From Utricularia gibba (lineage: Eukaryota; Plantae; Magnoliophyta): a stretch of 64,000 bases of DNA. A model generated the notes under the pieces. It made no database searches. It was not told where the DNA came from and saw only the letters and a list, made by a program, of their open reading frames with translations. Shown piece after piece: positions 1 to 12,245 of the stretch. The translations under genes were made by a program, and so were the position numbers. The first letter of the stretch is position 1. Every line of letters starts with the position of its first letter. The stretch lies in NCBI GenBank assembly GCA_002189035.1, contig NEEC01000027.1:434001-498000 (forward strand), in the 5' to 3' direction.

Positions 1-1124
1 TGGCTTTGACTTCGAAAATGCCCTCCTCAATGGTGAGGAGAGACACATCGAAGGTGCCACCACCAAGGTCAAAGATCAGAACATTCTTCTCGCCGGAACT
101 GGTGGCCTTCTTATCCAGACCATACGCTATAGCCGCGGCAGTGGGCTCGTTGATGATCCGCATGACATTGAGACCAGAAATCACTCCTGCGTCTTTTGTC
201 GCCTGACGCTGGGAATCGTTGAAGTAGGCTGGGACTGTAACCACGGCATTCTTTACGGTGGTCCCGAGGTAGGCCTCGGCGATTTCCTTCATCTTAGTGA
301 GGACCATGGAGGAGATCTCCTCGGCGGCGAACTGTTTGTCCTCTCCTTTGTAGTTAACCACGATCATGGGCTTATCACCAGGTCCGGGGATGACCTTAAA
401 CGGCCAGAACTTTATATCGCTTTGAACTGATCCGTCAGTGAATCTACGGCCAATCAACCGCTTGGCATCTGCAATGCAAATTCAGCAATGAGTCCCAATG
501 AACCAGCGCAGCTCATCGAAAGCCAAAATCAAGCTAATGTTAACACACCACGACCCAAAAGGCGAAAATCTAGCCACAGAGGCCTAATCAGGCATGAAAA
601 CCACCAGACGTAACAAACAAAGAGAAATGAATTGCACACAGTTCACTAGAAACCTCTTAAGAACTAGGCATCCGTTGACTGACAAAAAAAGTCGACTACG
701 ACATCGCAATCGAAGCTTCAATTAACTGGAGAGTTTCATCAGGCTCATGAAAAAGCAACTAATCAAAATTATCAGACAACAAACTCTAAAAAATAGCCTC
801 AATATAACTAGAGAATTTCATCAGGCTCTGGAACAAGCAAGCAATTAAGATTCTCAGACAACAAAACCCTCAAACAAGAAATCAAGATTCTCGTCAAAGC
901 GACTACTCACCGAAAACAGTGTTGATAGGGTTCATAGCGACCTGGTTCTTAGCCGCATCTCCGATGAGACGCTCCGTATCGGTAAACGCCACATATGACG
1001 GCGTGGTACGGTTACCCTGGTCGTTGGCGATGATCTCAACGCGGTCATGCTGCCAAACTCCGACGCAGGAGTAAGTCGTCCCAAGGTCAATCCCGATAGC
1101 CGGTCCTTCTCCTTTTCCCGACAT
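1..1124 (-). CDS. HSP70: Cytosolic heat shock protein 70 (HSP70/HSC70), 5' part; runs off the window start
   Basis: Exon 1 1124-911 (214 nt) encodes [65 protein letters not shown] intron 910-469 sits at the conserved plant position (VF/D). Exon 2 from 468 reads [26 protein letters not shown]...[37 protein letters not shown]. Confidence 0.98.
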
Positions 1125-1195
1125 TATCAACGATACAAAAACGCTCCTTAAATAATCTCAAACTACAACGAAAAACAGCGCTCGGGGAGGCTTGG

Positions 1196-1301
1196 ATATA
1201 TAGTTCGCTGATTTTGTCTAGAAAGTTCTTACGCGTTCATTTTGGGCGGTTCCTATTGGCGCACTTTTTCTCAGTTTCCTCCCTTCTGGTTCCTTCTAGA
1301 G
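1196..1301 (-). promoter_or_regulatory. HSP70 core promoter: TATA box with adjacent heat shock element(s) and CCAAT
   Basis: ATATATA at 1196-1202, about 75 bp upstream of the ATG. The HSE-like array gTCtaGAAagTTCt lies at about 1216-1229, ATTGG (CCAAT on -) at about 1254-1258, and a partial TTCtaGAg at about 1294-1301. nGAAn inverted arrays next to TATA are the established HSF binding arrangement. Confidence 0.7.
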
Positions 1302-1963
1302 ACCTCTCCCAATAAAATAATAATAAACCCTCCATTTATTATTTTATTTACGTCTCTTTTCAAACACGCCATCTACTTTTGGCATTATATGACATTCCCC
1401 CCAACTCTCCTCGCTCTCAAAATCAACGCGCCCCCTATCTATTGATTATTTCAATTTGCCCCCTAAGAGTTTTTTTAATCTTATATACATATTTTTTATT
1501 TAAAACCATATCTACCTCTTATTTTAATTAAAACAATTTAATCTCATTTTTAATTTCGATATTAAAAAGTATCAAAAATTCATTTTATCAGATTCTAATT
1601 TCATATCAACATCGAATATTAAAGAATTATAAGTTTAAAAATAATGATTCCATTTTCGAATGGAATAATATAAATTATGAAATATTCCATGTTATATATC
1701 ACAAGGGTATTTCAGTAAACAACTCAAATTGAAGCCTGGAATCCTACCGTAACAGAAGCAGCGGCATTCAGGTACAACAGCACACGAAACAGCAATGTGA
1801 AGCTTTCAGTAATGGCTGACTTTCAATGAATGATCTCAAAACCGCTTACCAGTAAACTCGAAGAAGAAGAACCCGTGTAGTTTTCCCTCATCTCCTGCCC
1901 CAGATGTGCATAAATGGATACCTCCAGCCCCTGGTTAAGGCAGTTGAAGCGTCGGAAACGAGC

Positions 1964-2623
1964 ATGAGAATTGGCAGATTCGAGGTTACAGTTTTTCGTG
2001 CTAAGGGACTCAGAAACTCCGCCTTCTGTGGTTTGTGATTCTCTTATGGATGAAGGGGACATTGTTGTGGATATAAGCTCATTTTTTTCTGCAGGGATGC
2101 TGGATGCCTACGCGGTTATCGAGTACAGAGATCAGGAGCACAAGAGCGGGATGGGAGCGCGGAGTTTCTCCTGCTGTTGCCTACACGGTGCGTCTGTAAC
2201 CAAGGGTTTTGATATTCCGTTTTGGATCGCAACACAGAGAGGGAAATTAGGCGTGTTTTCAGGGAGGGGAAGCAGCCCGAGTGGAACGAGACGTTCAGGT
2301 TCGAGGTGGAGGCTTCTGAGGCAGAGGATGATCACCACAAGCTGGTCATCAAGCTCATGGATCGCGGCCCTCTATCCGAGGATGAGTATCTCGGGCAAGC
2401 AAAGTAAGACGAAGGAAAATCACATTGTGTTTGAAGAGTGCTTACAAAAAAGCACTCACCCCATTGCAGGATTTACTTGAATGAGGTGATTCATAGTGGA
2501 CTGGAGAGTGGCAAAGCTGAACTCCATCCTCAGAAGTACAGGGTCGTCTTCAGCGATCTGAGTTACCGCGGAGAAGTTACAGTCGGGGCCACTTTTACTG
2601 CTGGAATGAGTTCCACAGACTGA
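1964..2623 (+). CDS. Small single-C2-domain protein (elicitor-responsive protein ERG1/ERG3-like)
   Basis: Exons 1964-2030 (MRIGRFEVTVFRAKGLRNSAFCG), from 2095 (MLDAYAVIEYRDQEHKS), about 2263-2403 (EGKQPEWNETFRFEV...KLVIKLMDRGPLSEDEYLGQAK) and from about 2470 (IYLNEVIHSGLESGKAELHPQKYRVVFSDLSYRGEVTVGATFT). The exon 2/3 phase mismatch and the 3' end (possible last exon to about 2696) are uncertain. Confidence 0.8.
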
Positions 2624-2863
2624 TCAGATACTTTTTTTTCCCTCGTATTCATTCATTTCTGTGTGGAAGGATGAAACGGAGAATAGCTTCAAGTAAAGCT
2701 GAGTGAAACTTGCAGCCACTTCACGCCTCTTACAATATCTCAGCGAAAGCTGATAAGCCCAAAGGATGGAACATTCTAAGCTAAGCAACAGGGTGTTGAC
2801 GTATGTATGTGAAAGATAAAGGCCGCCGGAGACGGAAAGATGGAGCTTCCATTCTCTGCAGTA

Positions 2864-3787
2864 TCAGTAGGCTCTGAAATTGTTGCCTGTAAAGGTCTGG
2901 CCGAATTGCCAATTGGAAGGAGCAATGTTCCAGGAAGTGGTGGAGCTTCCATCACTAGCCTGAACTCTGAACGACAGAGATTGGCCTACCAAAACGGAGT
3001 CCGATTGCCAGTTCTGACCCCAGTTTCTGCTAAGATTCATCCATCCAGTTCTGGAGCCTTTGACCCAGGCGTTCGTGATGTCTCCGGCGCCGGCGACGTT
3101 TGTGATCAGGATCAGGTTAAAGTAACGGAACCCGTTGATGGTAAACCTGATTCCGCCGCTTTTGTGACACGGAACCCTAAGCAAAACAAGCACGTTGAGA
3201 AAAACAGAGTGCGAGCCCTTGCATTAAGTCATGACGAACGGTTTCTTCTTACCGGCGGTAGGAAACAGCGACGATTCCGGCGTGGTACTCGGCGATCTTG
3301 AGAAACATGGGCATGGCGAGATCGAAATGGGATCGCGGCGGATTGCACCAGCCCCCGTTGTCGTTGGGAAGAGCGTAGTTTGGCGGGCAAAAGTTGGTGG
3401 CCGTGATGAAAATGGAAGGGCTCCCTGGGTGGCACCATTGCCAATGTGGCTCGTTCCTGCACTTGATCTCGAAGCAGGCGCCGCAGGCATAACCATTGTT
3501 GAAGAGGGCCGTGCTCAGGGCCGCCGTGTTCACCCCGTATCCTTGGCTGTAAAGATTGCCGTACCCACAAGCTCCACCTGACACCAAACATAATCGTCAT
3601 CATCAAATGAAAAACAAATAAATAAAACAAACATACCCATCGTCCCCGATGCGTCACTGCCGCCGTAGAAGGTGGCGTGGGCCGCCTGCCATTGCCCGGC
3701 GGAGAATGCAGCAACCGCCGACAACTGGCCGAGTGCAGCCAACACGAGAGAAGAGGCGATGAAACAGAAACCCACCAAGGAAGCCAT
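2864..3787 (-). CDS. EXPA: Alpha-expansin, EXPA4/6/16-like clade
   Basis: Three exons 3787-3637, 3577-3253 and 3176-2864. Signal peptide, [41 protein letters not shown] motif, and C-terminal W-rich domain ([13 protein letters not shown]...NWQFGQTF). Confidence 0.97.
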
Positions 3788-4429
3788 TGGTCTGAGAGCG
3801 GAGGGAGCGGGCGGTGGCGACGGTACTTATAGAAGGTGAAGAAGAAGAAGATACTCAGCAACGCGCACTGTTCATAATCCCTGAATCAATGCAAATACTA
3901 GCGGGATGGAAAGTAGTATTTAATCCGCGAATGAATCGAATCAATCCCACTCCCCCTCTTTTTTCAAACGTGTTGACCGGGAAGTAGTGAAATGACAACT
4001 ATACCCTCGAATCCCAGACCCACATCAGCTATCTTCGAGGTCACTTCCGACAAAACTCCCCACGAGAAAGGGAAAAGTTGCAAGCCCCTCGATTTCCACG
4101 ATCCAGAATTAAATTAAAATTCGTGTAATTAAGTTACGCATCGTATAAAAAAGAGAAATAACGGGTTTAATTGCATTCCAAAATCACGGCGTCCGGTCAA
4201 AGGGGGCTGCCCGTTTCCCAACGGCAGCCCAGCACCAATCACGCCACAGCATCCGGTCACCCACTCGGGCATCGAGAATCAGAGTTGGGATGGTGCAGGG
4301 CGTAATTAACGTATAATCCAGGGACCCACCCGCAAAATACACCTACAGCTCCGACTCTTAAAACCTAACCAATCACTTGCGTTCTCTCACAAATGACGAC
4401 ATCAAACGTGGACACGAGACTACAAAGAG

Positions 4430-4588
4430 CAGCAGCAGCAGCAGCAGCTGTAAACAAATCCAACACCAAGCAGGGTGGGGTGGGGTGGAGTGGTCACCTT
4501 GTCCTCGTGTTTTAGGGCGGCTGGCCAACGAGCCTGTGGGAATGAATGAATGAATGAATGTGAATGGATGGGCGGATGGATGGATGGG
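4430..4588. repeat. Short microsatellites downstream of the PP2A B'' stop: (CAG)n about 4430-4449 and (GAAT)5/(GGAT)n about 4540-4588
   Basis: Read directly: agcagcagcagcagcagcag and gaatgaatgaatgaatgaatg...ggatggatggatggg. Confidence 0.85.
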
Positions 4589-4854
4589 AGCTCATCATCA
4601 GGCTTTTCGTTCCCGTGAGCCTTCAGGAAGAGGAGGTCTGGTGCTGCAGCTGAGATCAGATGGCTCCAAATTTTCTTGATTGGAAGGAATGCTGAACCAA
4701 AATACTCTGCTGCGCGATCTACACCCCACCTGATGCAAAGAATTTCATATGGAGAGGGCACCTGAAAATGAACAAGGAATTCCTCGTCAGACAGTGCCAA
4801 CGGGTGGCAGGCACCTCATTTTACAGTGATTTTGTGGCTTCTTACGGAAAGAGC

Positions 4855-7800
4855 TCAAAAGGGAGCCTCAAGGGATTCATCCCAAACATCTGCGCTTCCA
4901 TTTGAAGCATCTTCCGCGTCTTCTTCCATTGAAAGTCTGATGTATTCTCTGTGAGCGAAGCGATCCCACTCGGTCAAATGTGGGTTCTCACGCTCCTGCA
5001 GGGATTGCAACATAAAAACCAAGCCACAGTACTTGAGCATTTATAGCACCATAATGCATCATTTTACCTGCCGAATTAGAAATGGGTCGCGAGTCTCAAA
5101 AGCCATGAACTTGTTAAGGTTAAAGAGGATATTGAAGATACTGCCAGAGAGCTTGCTTCCCTTTAAATCTCGTAATGTAATATAGCTCTCGTCCTGCAGA
5201 AGATATCATTTGGTGCCGCATCAAATACCCAATTTCAGCATATCAGATCTCACCCATGATAGTTGCAGATGATGCTAGGTTATATGTAAATAAAAAAACA
5301 TGTTTATCTGACAATGGCCTACAGAACGGGTGAGCTTTAGAACCTACTAATGTGAACTTGAGAAAAGGAAAAATAAAGAGAACACTAACTACAAAAAATA
5401 AAATAAAAGCACAAAATCGGGGAACTCGCCTCTGGACTTATCATGTCAACTATCTGACATAAAATATCCTCAAAAAGCACAGGCTCTTGCGCCATGCATT
5501 CCATTCTATGCAACTGCTCCTCGTAAAAGAATTGCATTTCATTGCGTGTAATAACACCATTTCCATCCAAATCCACACACTTGAACCTGAACAGAGGAAG
5601 AGCAGGAAAAGGGCGGAAAAACCTCTTTAGCACATTGCTCTCAAATGAGTTGAATATTACTTGGTAGAAATAAATAACTCAGGATCAGCAACTCAACTAA
5701 CTAGCAAAAAAATCATCATACGCAATGGCAACTTGGATACAAACAACAAAATCACAAGAGACCACCATTGAAGAGAATACTTCCAGCTCTCATAAATCTA
5801 TCGATTACTCAGAATGTACTCTTGACAGGTTATTATATTAAAAAATGACTACCAATCCTACAATGCAATCACATTTGGAGATATCATATCACAAAGAAGC
5901 ATCAAGATTAAAGATAGCACAAAAACATGAGTGACTTGTACCAAAATTCACTGACCAGTACTCGAGACTAGGCTCAGAGGATTTATCCTCTTCTGACAAT
6001 ATGAAGTAAACAAAATCTTCATATCCCATCTTTCCTTCAACCTTGCACGTGAATTTTCTGGGTACCTTTGATGTTCATACAGCCAGCCAGTCAGTACATA
6101 AAATAGATGGATCCAATAAGAAGAAGATGCAGCATAGAAAGCAGAAACCTGTGAGAATACTCTGTCGACTATCCTGTAGGTAAGCGCATGGTTGCCATAT
6201 CTGATGAGATTCTCTTTGTCAATAAGAAAATCATGGTCGGTATCTAGCTCCCAAAACTTGCAGTAAATCACATAAAAATGTTCGTAGGAGAAGTATCTGC
6301 ATTCAAAAAGATGGAAGATCAGGGCCTAGAAAGATGCACAGAGAGTGATGCTAATATCAGAGCAAACCACATAACTAAAAGTACCAGGACTAATTATAAA
6401 AACGAAGATAAGAGAAAGATTCAAAGGCAAAAAACAACAAAAAAATTGGCATCAATATATTCACCTCAGAACTTTGTTAATATCCTCTTCTTCATCTGCG
6501 TGTTGCATACCAGTGATTAAGTTGGAATGTTTCAGCTCCCTGAGAGTTATCCGACCATTACCCGCTCTATTCACATAGTAAAATATCCTGTATATTACTG
6601 TTTCAGCTGGAGATGCAACATATCAAATGTTACTTCAATAAAATGTGTAATTCAGTGGACAACATAAAACAGAATCTTGGTTACAGCCCTAGAAACAAAA
6701 GTGCCACTATAAACATGCTCAACTGCATCATAGAACTGCCAAAAACATGACAAGGACTCAATAAATATGTTTTGTTGGTCAAAATTCACTCAACAGTAGC
6801 AGATAAAATGCATCATTCCCAAATAATATGAAAGTGCTCATAAACACCAAAAAGCTTATTTTCTGTAAACAAATTAAAGAAAAATCAAGAATACGTGATT
6901 AAGGGATAAAGACATCTCTGCACAAATAATGAAAATGAACTACCTTTTATGTAGATGATAAAAATAAAATACATTCTGTAGGCGTATTGAATGAACTAAC
7001 CATGGAAAAGGTTGTGTAAACAAAGAACGTTCAACCTTACCATATCTTTCTTGAAATTCAGGGGTGCTTAGTAAGAACTCCAACCCAGGATGAGATGCCA
7101 AAAGTTCTCGAAGCACTGGTTTCAAGTCATCCTACAATTATTTGATATTCCCAATAAGAAAGAATAGAATCACTGAAAATGTGAAACCAAAAACATATAA
7201 AGAGTTCTATGCAATGATGAAAGGCTTCAGTGTGACGCCAACCTGCACCAAAAATCTTGCTTCTGGCTGCTTTAGTATTGTGTATATTTGCACTGCAATA
7301 TCTTTCATCAGCATGTTTCCATTGATCCAGTAATCAACAAAAGAACCTCTGTTGAAATCCATTAAATTATGGGCAAATTAATTATAGATTAGGCAAAAGC
7401 CCTGCTATCTAATATATGCTTGCTGAAACACTCAACATTTAAAATAATCCAAGACTTGAATGGCATGAACAATTTTTTTCAGATGAAATTAAGTAAAGCA
7501 TGTGAGTGAGTATCTACCTGGTAACAACACCAGTATTACCAGAGTCAATTTTTTTGAAAAGCACAGATGAGAAAAATGAAGGTAGCTTGCAGACTTCCTT
7601 GGTTATTGGTTTGAAGTCTGTAAAAGAAGAAAGTGAGGAAACAGGGCAACTACTGCTGACCCATCAATTCTCCATTCAAATACATGCAGAAGATAAAGAC
7701 GAAAAAAAAAAATATTATGACACAGAGCAAATATCTGACCATTAATTCGGAGCCCATCTGCATGACCATAAAAAAACTGATTTATCATAAACACGCATCT

Positions 7801-8826
7801 CTCTCTCAATTCATTTGTTGCTGGACGACCGTCAAGGAAATAGAACTGCAGTTCATAAAATCGATTCAAAGAAAATGAAACTAGAAACAATTTCATACAG
7901 TACTGAACAATGAATAAAACCTGAGGGATAAGTTCCTTGACAGGCTCGTTCACTAATTTCAGAGGTGAACCTAGCGCAGATGGGCCAGCTCTGTGTTTCA
8001 CGACCCGCGGTGACCCTGATGAACTCCTTGGTGAAAGCGGAGGCGTACTGCCAGCAGGAAACATTGAAGGGATTGGACTGCCTGCCGCAGTGTTTGTACT
8101 AAATGATGCTCCAGAGATATTCAAAGGAACTCCATTTTCAGCGTTGTTCAGTAAGGATTTTACCTGGAATTTACATATGGAAGAGTGTAAAAAAAAAAAA
8201 AAAAATTGGTCTCCAATTCATAAAAAGAAAAGACGATATGAATACACTCCAATGCTTCAATTAAAGAATCTGGATGGAAAAAGGAACACTTCAGTAAGCA
8301 AACATGAGAAGAATCATCAAGACTCAGACTTCGTTTACCAATGATCGAAATATGAGATGTATTCTGATTTTGCTATCCAGATCTAATTTCAAATAACCGA
8401 ACAGCCTTGATTTACAAGGTATAGGAAAAATCTACGAAAACCACCCACTAAGTAAGTGTTCTGTATAACATACATCAAATGAAAACAATATTAGCCCCAT
8501 ACACTAATTTGCTCTCCCCTGAACAAAAGAAGACACGAAATGATATCGCCGATGTAGCAGAACACATTTCCAAGACATCAATCAGGAAATCCAACAAAAC
8601 GAAAACATAATACATTGAACAGCTTACAATCAGCTGCAGCATGAAAATCAGCAAAAAAGAAAAAAAAAACATATACCATCGACATGGTTTCAGGAAGAGA
8701 AAGCCACTGATCGAAGAGCTTCTCCGCCACAAAAGAGTTGGCTTTGATAGCCAACGGAGACACCTCCGGAAGCTGCAAAAGTTCCGCATCCAAGCGCGCG
8801 ACGTCGCCACTGAAATCCAAATCCAT
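4855..8826 (-). CDS. Protein phosphatase 2A regulatory subunit B'' (EF-hand, PR72 family), multi-exon
   Basis: N-terminus [47 protein letters not shown]. Internal exons [85 protein letters not shown] and [31 protein letters not shown]-terminus [40 protein letters not shown]. Confidence 0.96.
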
Positions 8827-9092
8827 AACTAAAAAGATCCTTCAGATTACACAAACACAAGAACCGTCGAGATATTCCAACGCTTCATGAACCATCAAAA
8901 AGGACGCCCCAAACAGCCAGGCCAAGCAACCAACCCAACCGGATGATTTTATCCCACTCAACGGATTCAGACAGGGACCCCCAAATGCAAGATAAATCAG
9001 CGCAAAGCAAGCAAACAACCACAAAAATCGGGCCGCAGTGAGATACAATTCGCCAAACCCTTGAAACACAAAACGCGGAGCAGATTGTAGAT

Positions 9093-9119
9093 AGAGAGAG
9101 AAAGAGAGAGAGAGAGAGA
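9093..9119. repeat. (GA)n/(CT)n tract upstream of PP2A B'' (likely CT-rich 5' leader / GAGA element)
   Basis: agagagagaaagagagagagagagaga read directly. Confidence 0.8.
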
Positions 9120-10846
9120 CAAGAGATTACTGATGAGGATGAATTACATGATTAGCGAGGGTGAAGTATATAAATACCCCGAAATCTCCTCCGCCCAAAC
9201 ATAACATAGTACTCCTGTGGGCAATTAAATTATTCCCGTAACGCCACTTTTGTAGTTTTCAATACTTCGGGGCAACTCTAAGCATTTTCCACAAGTTGGA
9301 GGACGTGGGCGCAATTACTCGGTATTTGGGTTCTGATCATAACCGAACTCCGAGCTGGGCTTACAGGCCCACCCGCCCAGAACGACGGCCCAGTAAACGT
9401 CTCCGGCATCGTCGGAAAAGCCCAACAAGACAGACACCACACCACCATACGGAGCCCGGAGGTAAAGTTTGAATTTCGAAAAAATTAAAATAATAATAAT
9501 AATAATTGATATTTTTTAATGTGTACGGAAAATTGGCATTAAAATTGAGATAATAAAAAAAAAATGGATATTGATTTGTGTGGGAAATGGGTTGGTGTGC
9601 CACATCACATGGGGGATGGAATGAATGAATAATTGGGGAATAATTTATATTTAAAAAATAATAAATTCCGGAATTCGATTGAACAAGTCACGAGTGTGGG
9701 CCCCGCCCAACCCGGGGCTTCAATAATTGGAGTGCCTGGGAGTTACAATATCCATAAAAATTCAAACAACCAATAATTGCTGGAATAATCAAATCAATAC
9801 AAAAATATATTCCCACCCACTTTCCTCTTTTTTTTTTTTTATATATATTATTTTCCTATTAAAAAATTAAAAATGTTAAATTAATGGATATAGAAACGTG
9901 GAAATATGCATCAATATTTTTTTATTATATTCAAAATGTGATAAAATCTAATAAAACTAAGCATAATATACCTGACTACATACTATCAAACATAATATAC
10001 TAGTTTATTATTATTTTGGAGTTCAGTGTTTTTTAATAATTTTTTTGAATGATAATTCGAAAAAACGTTGTTATAAAAGATTTCAAATGGAGAAAATCAT
10101 GTTCGTCGAGAAGTGATCTTAATGCAATCTTTAGGTAGTGTTTGGTTGATGTGAATGGGATAAAATGAGTTGGGTTTAAATAAAATTGATGTAGAGGAAT
10201 TAATTTTTTACGTATTGTGATAGTTATTGAGTTTAAGTAATGGGGGATGCGATTTTAAATAAACTCGTATACATAAAATTAAAAAAACGATGTATAATTA
10301 TAAATGCATAACAACACAACAAGAGAGCAAAAAATTAAATAAAGAAAATGCTAGAAATTGGTGTATAAAATAATAAAAAAGTATTATTGGGAAATAATTT
10401 TCTCCGTCTGCGTGGCCAATCAATCGCTGTCTTGACACGTACCCCAAGAGAGCAAACAAAAATGGAGCCATTCCCATGAGTCTGTGTCTGGAGACGGTGA
10501 CCGGACAGCGAAGCCACAAACTTTGACGCAGTCGCTCGCAATTACAACCTGATGTACATTTTTGTAGGTTCTCATGGGGTGGAAGTCATCGCCATTTGCT
10601 TCCTTCTCCCTTGTCTCTTTCTTGTACTCCAGACATCTCCCCGCCGATACTCCAGCCTCATCTGGGTGCTTTCTTTCTTTTTTCAGATCGGGGATTGGAT
10701 TGCTGTAGTTCATCACATCGTCTGCTGAGTGAGTAGTTCATCGTCGTCTGGGGCGCTGCTGCTGCTGCATGATTCGGGTTTGAGGATGTTGTGTGACCGG
10801 CGCCGTTGAGGAGGGTTTGTGATCAGGGAGGAGTCTGGGTGAAAGC

Positions 10847-11662
10847 ATGTCGTCGAACAGGTGGTGGACGGGGGGTCTGGGGCTCCCCGGAACAGGAGTT
10901 GACTTGTCTGGTTCATCTACGTCGATGATGAAAACGGATCTCGGAATCTCGATGACCTCGGCAGATCCGAGCATCTCGATGGGGGATACGACTCGCCGAG
11001 AGGAAAACAGAGAGCAAAGCGAGGACCCTAAGGAAGGGGCGGTGGAAGTTCCCACGCGCCGCTCTCGGGGGCGTCCGCCGGGCTCCAAAAACAAACCCAA
11101 GCCGCCGATTTTCGTCACCCGAGACAGCCCAAACGCGCTCTGCAGCCATGTCTTGGAAGTTGCGACCGGTACCGACATCGCGGAATCCATAGCCCATTTC
11201 GCTAGAAGAAGGCAGAAAGGAGTTTGTGTGCTGAGCGCCAATGGAACCGTCACCAACGTTACCATCCGTCAGCCGTCGGCTCCCGGAGGCGTCTTGGCGT
11301 TGCACGGCCATTACGAGATTCTCTCCTTGACAGGGTCCTTTCTTCCAGGGCCGGCGCCCCCCGGATCCACCGGCCTGACGGTGTACCTATCCGGGGGACA
11401 GGGCCAGGTCGTGGGTGGGAGTGTCATGGGTTCTTTAGTAGCTGTTGGGCCGGTGATAGTGATCGCTTCGACTTTCGCCAACGCCACTTACGAGCGGTTA
11501 CCGATAGAGGAGGACGAGGAGCAGATTGACACGGCGGCGGGCGACGGGTCTCGTTCCCATGTAGAAGAAGGAGGCTACAACAATCTCCAGACTCTGGGAG
11601 GTGGACTGCCCAGCGAATCCCTAGGGTGGAGCCATGGACGCCATCATCATCACCCTTACTAG
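10847..11662 (+). CDS. AHL: AT-hook motif nuclear-localized protein, clade A (AHL19/20-like), single-exon CDS
   Basis: 271 aa ORF with MSSNRWWTG start, type-I AT-hook [18 protein letters not shown], and PPC/DUF296 domain ([42 protein letters not shown]). Confidence 0.96.
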   Translation: MSSNRWWTGGLGLPGTGVDLSGSSTSMMKTDLGISMTSADPSISMGDTTRREENREQSEDPKEGAVEVPTRRSRGRPPGSKNKPKPPIFVTRDSPNALCSHVLEVATGTDIAESIAHFARRRQKGVCVLSANGTVTNVTIRQPSAPGGVLALHGHYEILSLTGSFLPGPAPPGSTGLTVYLSGGQGQVVGGSVMGSLVAVGPVIVIASTFANATYERLPIEEDEEQIDTAAGDGSRSHVEEGGYNNLQTLGGGLPSESLGWSHGRHHHHPY

Positions 11663-12245
11663 CTGCTTCATCCCTCCCATTCCTCACACCTCCATCTACA
11701 GCAAAAAGGTATGGCTTCCTCCTCTTCCCGCATGGTTGTACTATCACACTGTCTGTGTTTCCGGTTGACCCTTTAACGTGGAAATCCAACGTCTGGTTTG
11801 CTTCTTCTGCTACACTCCTTGGGGAAACCCTAGTGACTCTCCCCCAAACCCCCTTCTCTTCTCCTCCTCATCATCACTAACTTTGAGCAGTACGGGGGAT
11901 GGCGCCGGCGGCGGACAGGATGACGATCGGTCAGAAGGAACATGAGATGCGAGATGCTGCGGCTGGGACCGCCCTAGCGACTGCTTACATTGAAACCTAC
12001 CCTACCGGACTCCTCCCTCCCTCCCCCTTGCCTTAAGTTGACTTGTCAACAAAAAGGCCTCCCCCTCATTGATCACCTGTTGCCATTATGAGCCACTACT
12101 GCTACTGGTTACCAATCCAAGTCGCCGGGGAGTTCCGTGAATGATCCGCCACCACAGAGTCAAAACACACAAGCCCAAGTTCAGATACGACATAACAAAG
12201 TACAGAGGGTATGCAGGACAGGGACATCCGAACCACCCTGACTGA

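Noticed and set aside
4560-4595. TGGATGGATGGGAGCTC resembles miR159/319 (and its complement resembles a target site in the PP2A 3' region), near TGAATGAATG as in MIR319 hairpins
   Set aside because: It lies in a (GGAT)n/(GAAT)n microsatellite. No complementary star arm is nearby. As a target it has about six mismatches, including miRNA positions 2, 8 and 11. Chance similarity is most likely.
10738-11311. 175 aa and 132 aa antisense ORFs over the AHL gene
   Set aside because: Shadow frames of a GC-rich coding exon with no recognisable domain.
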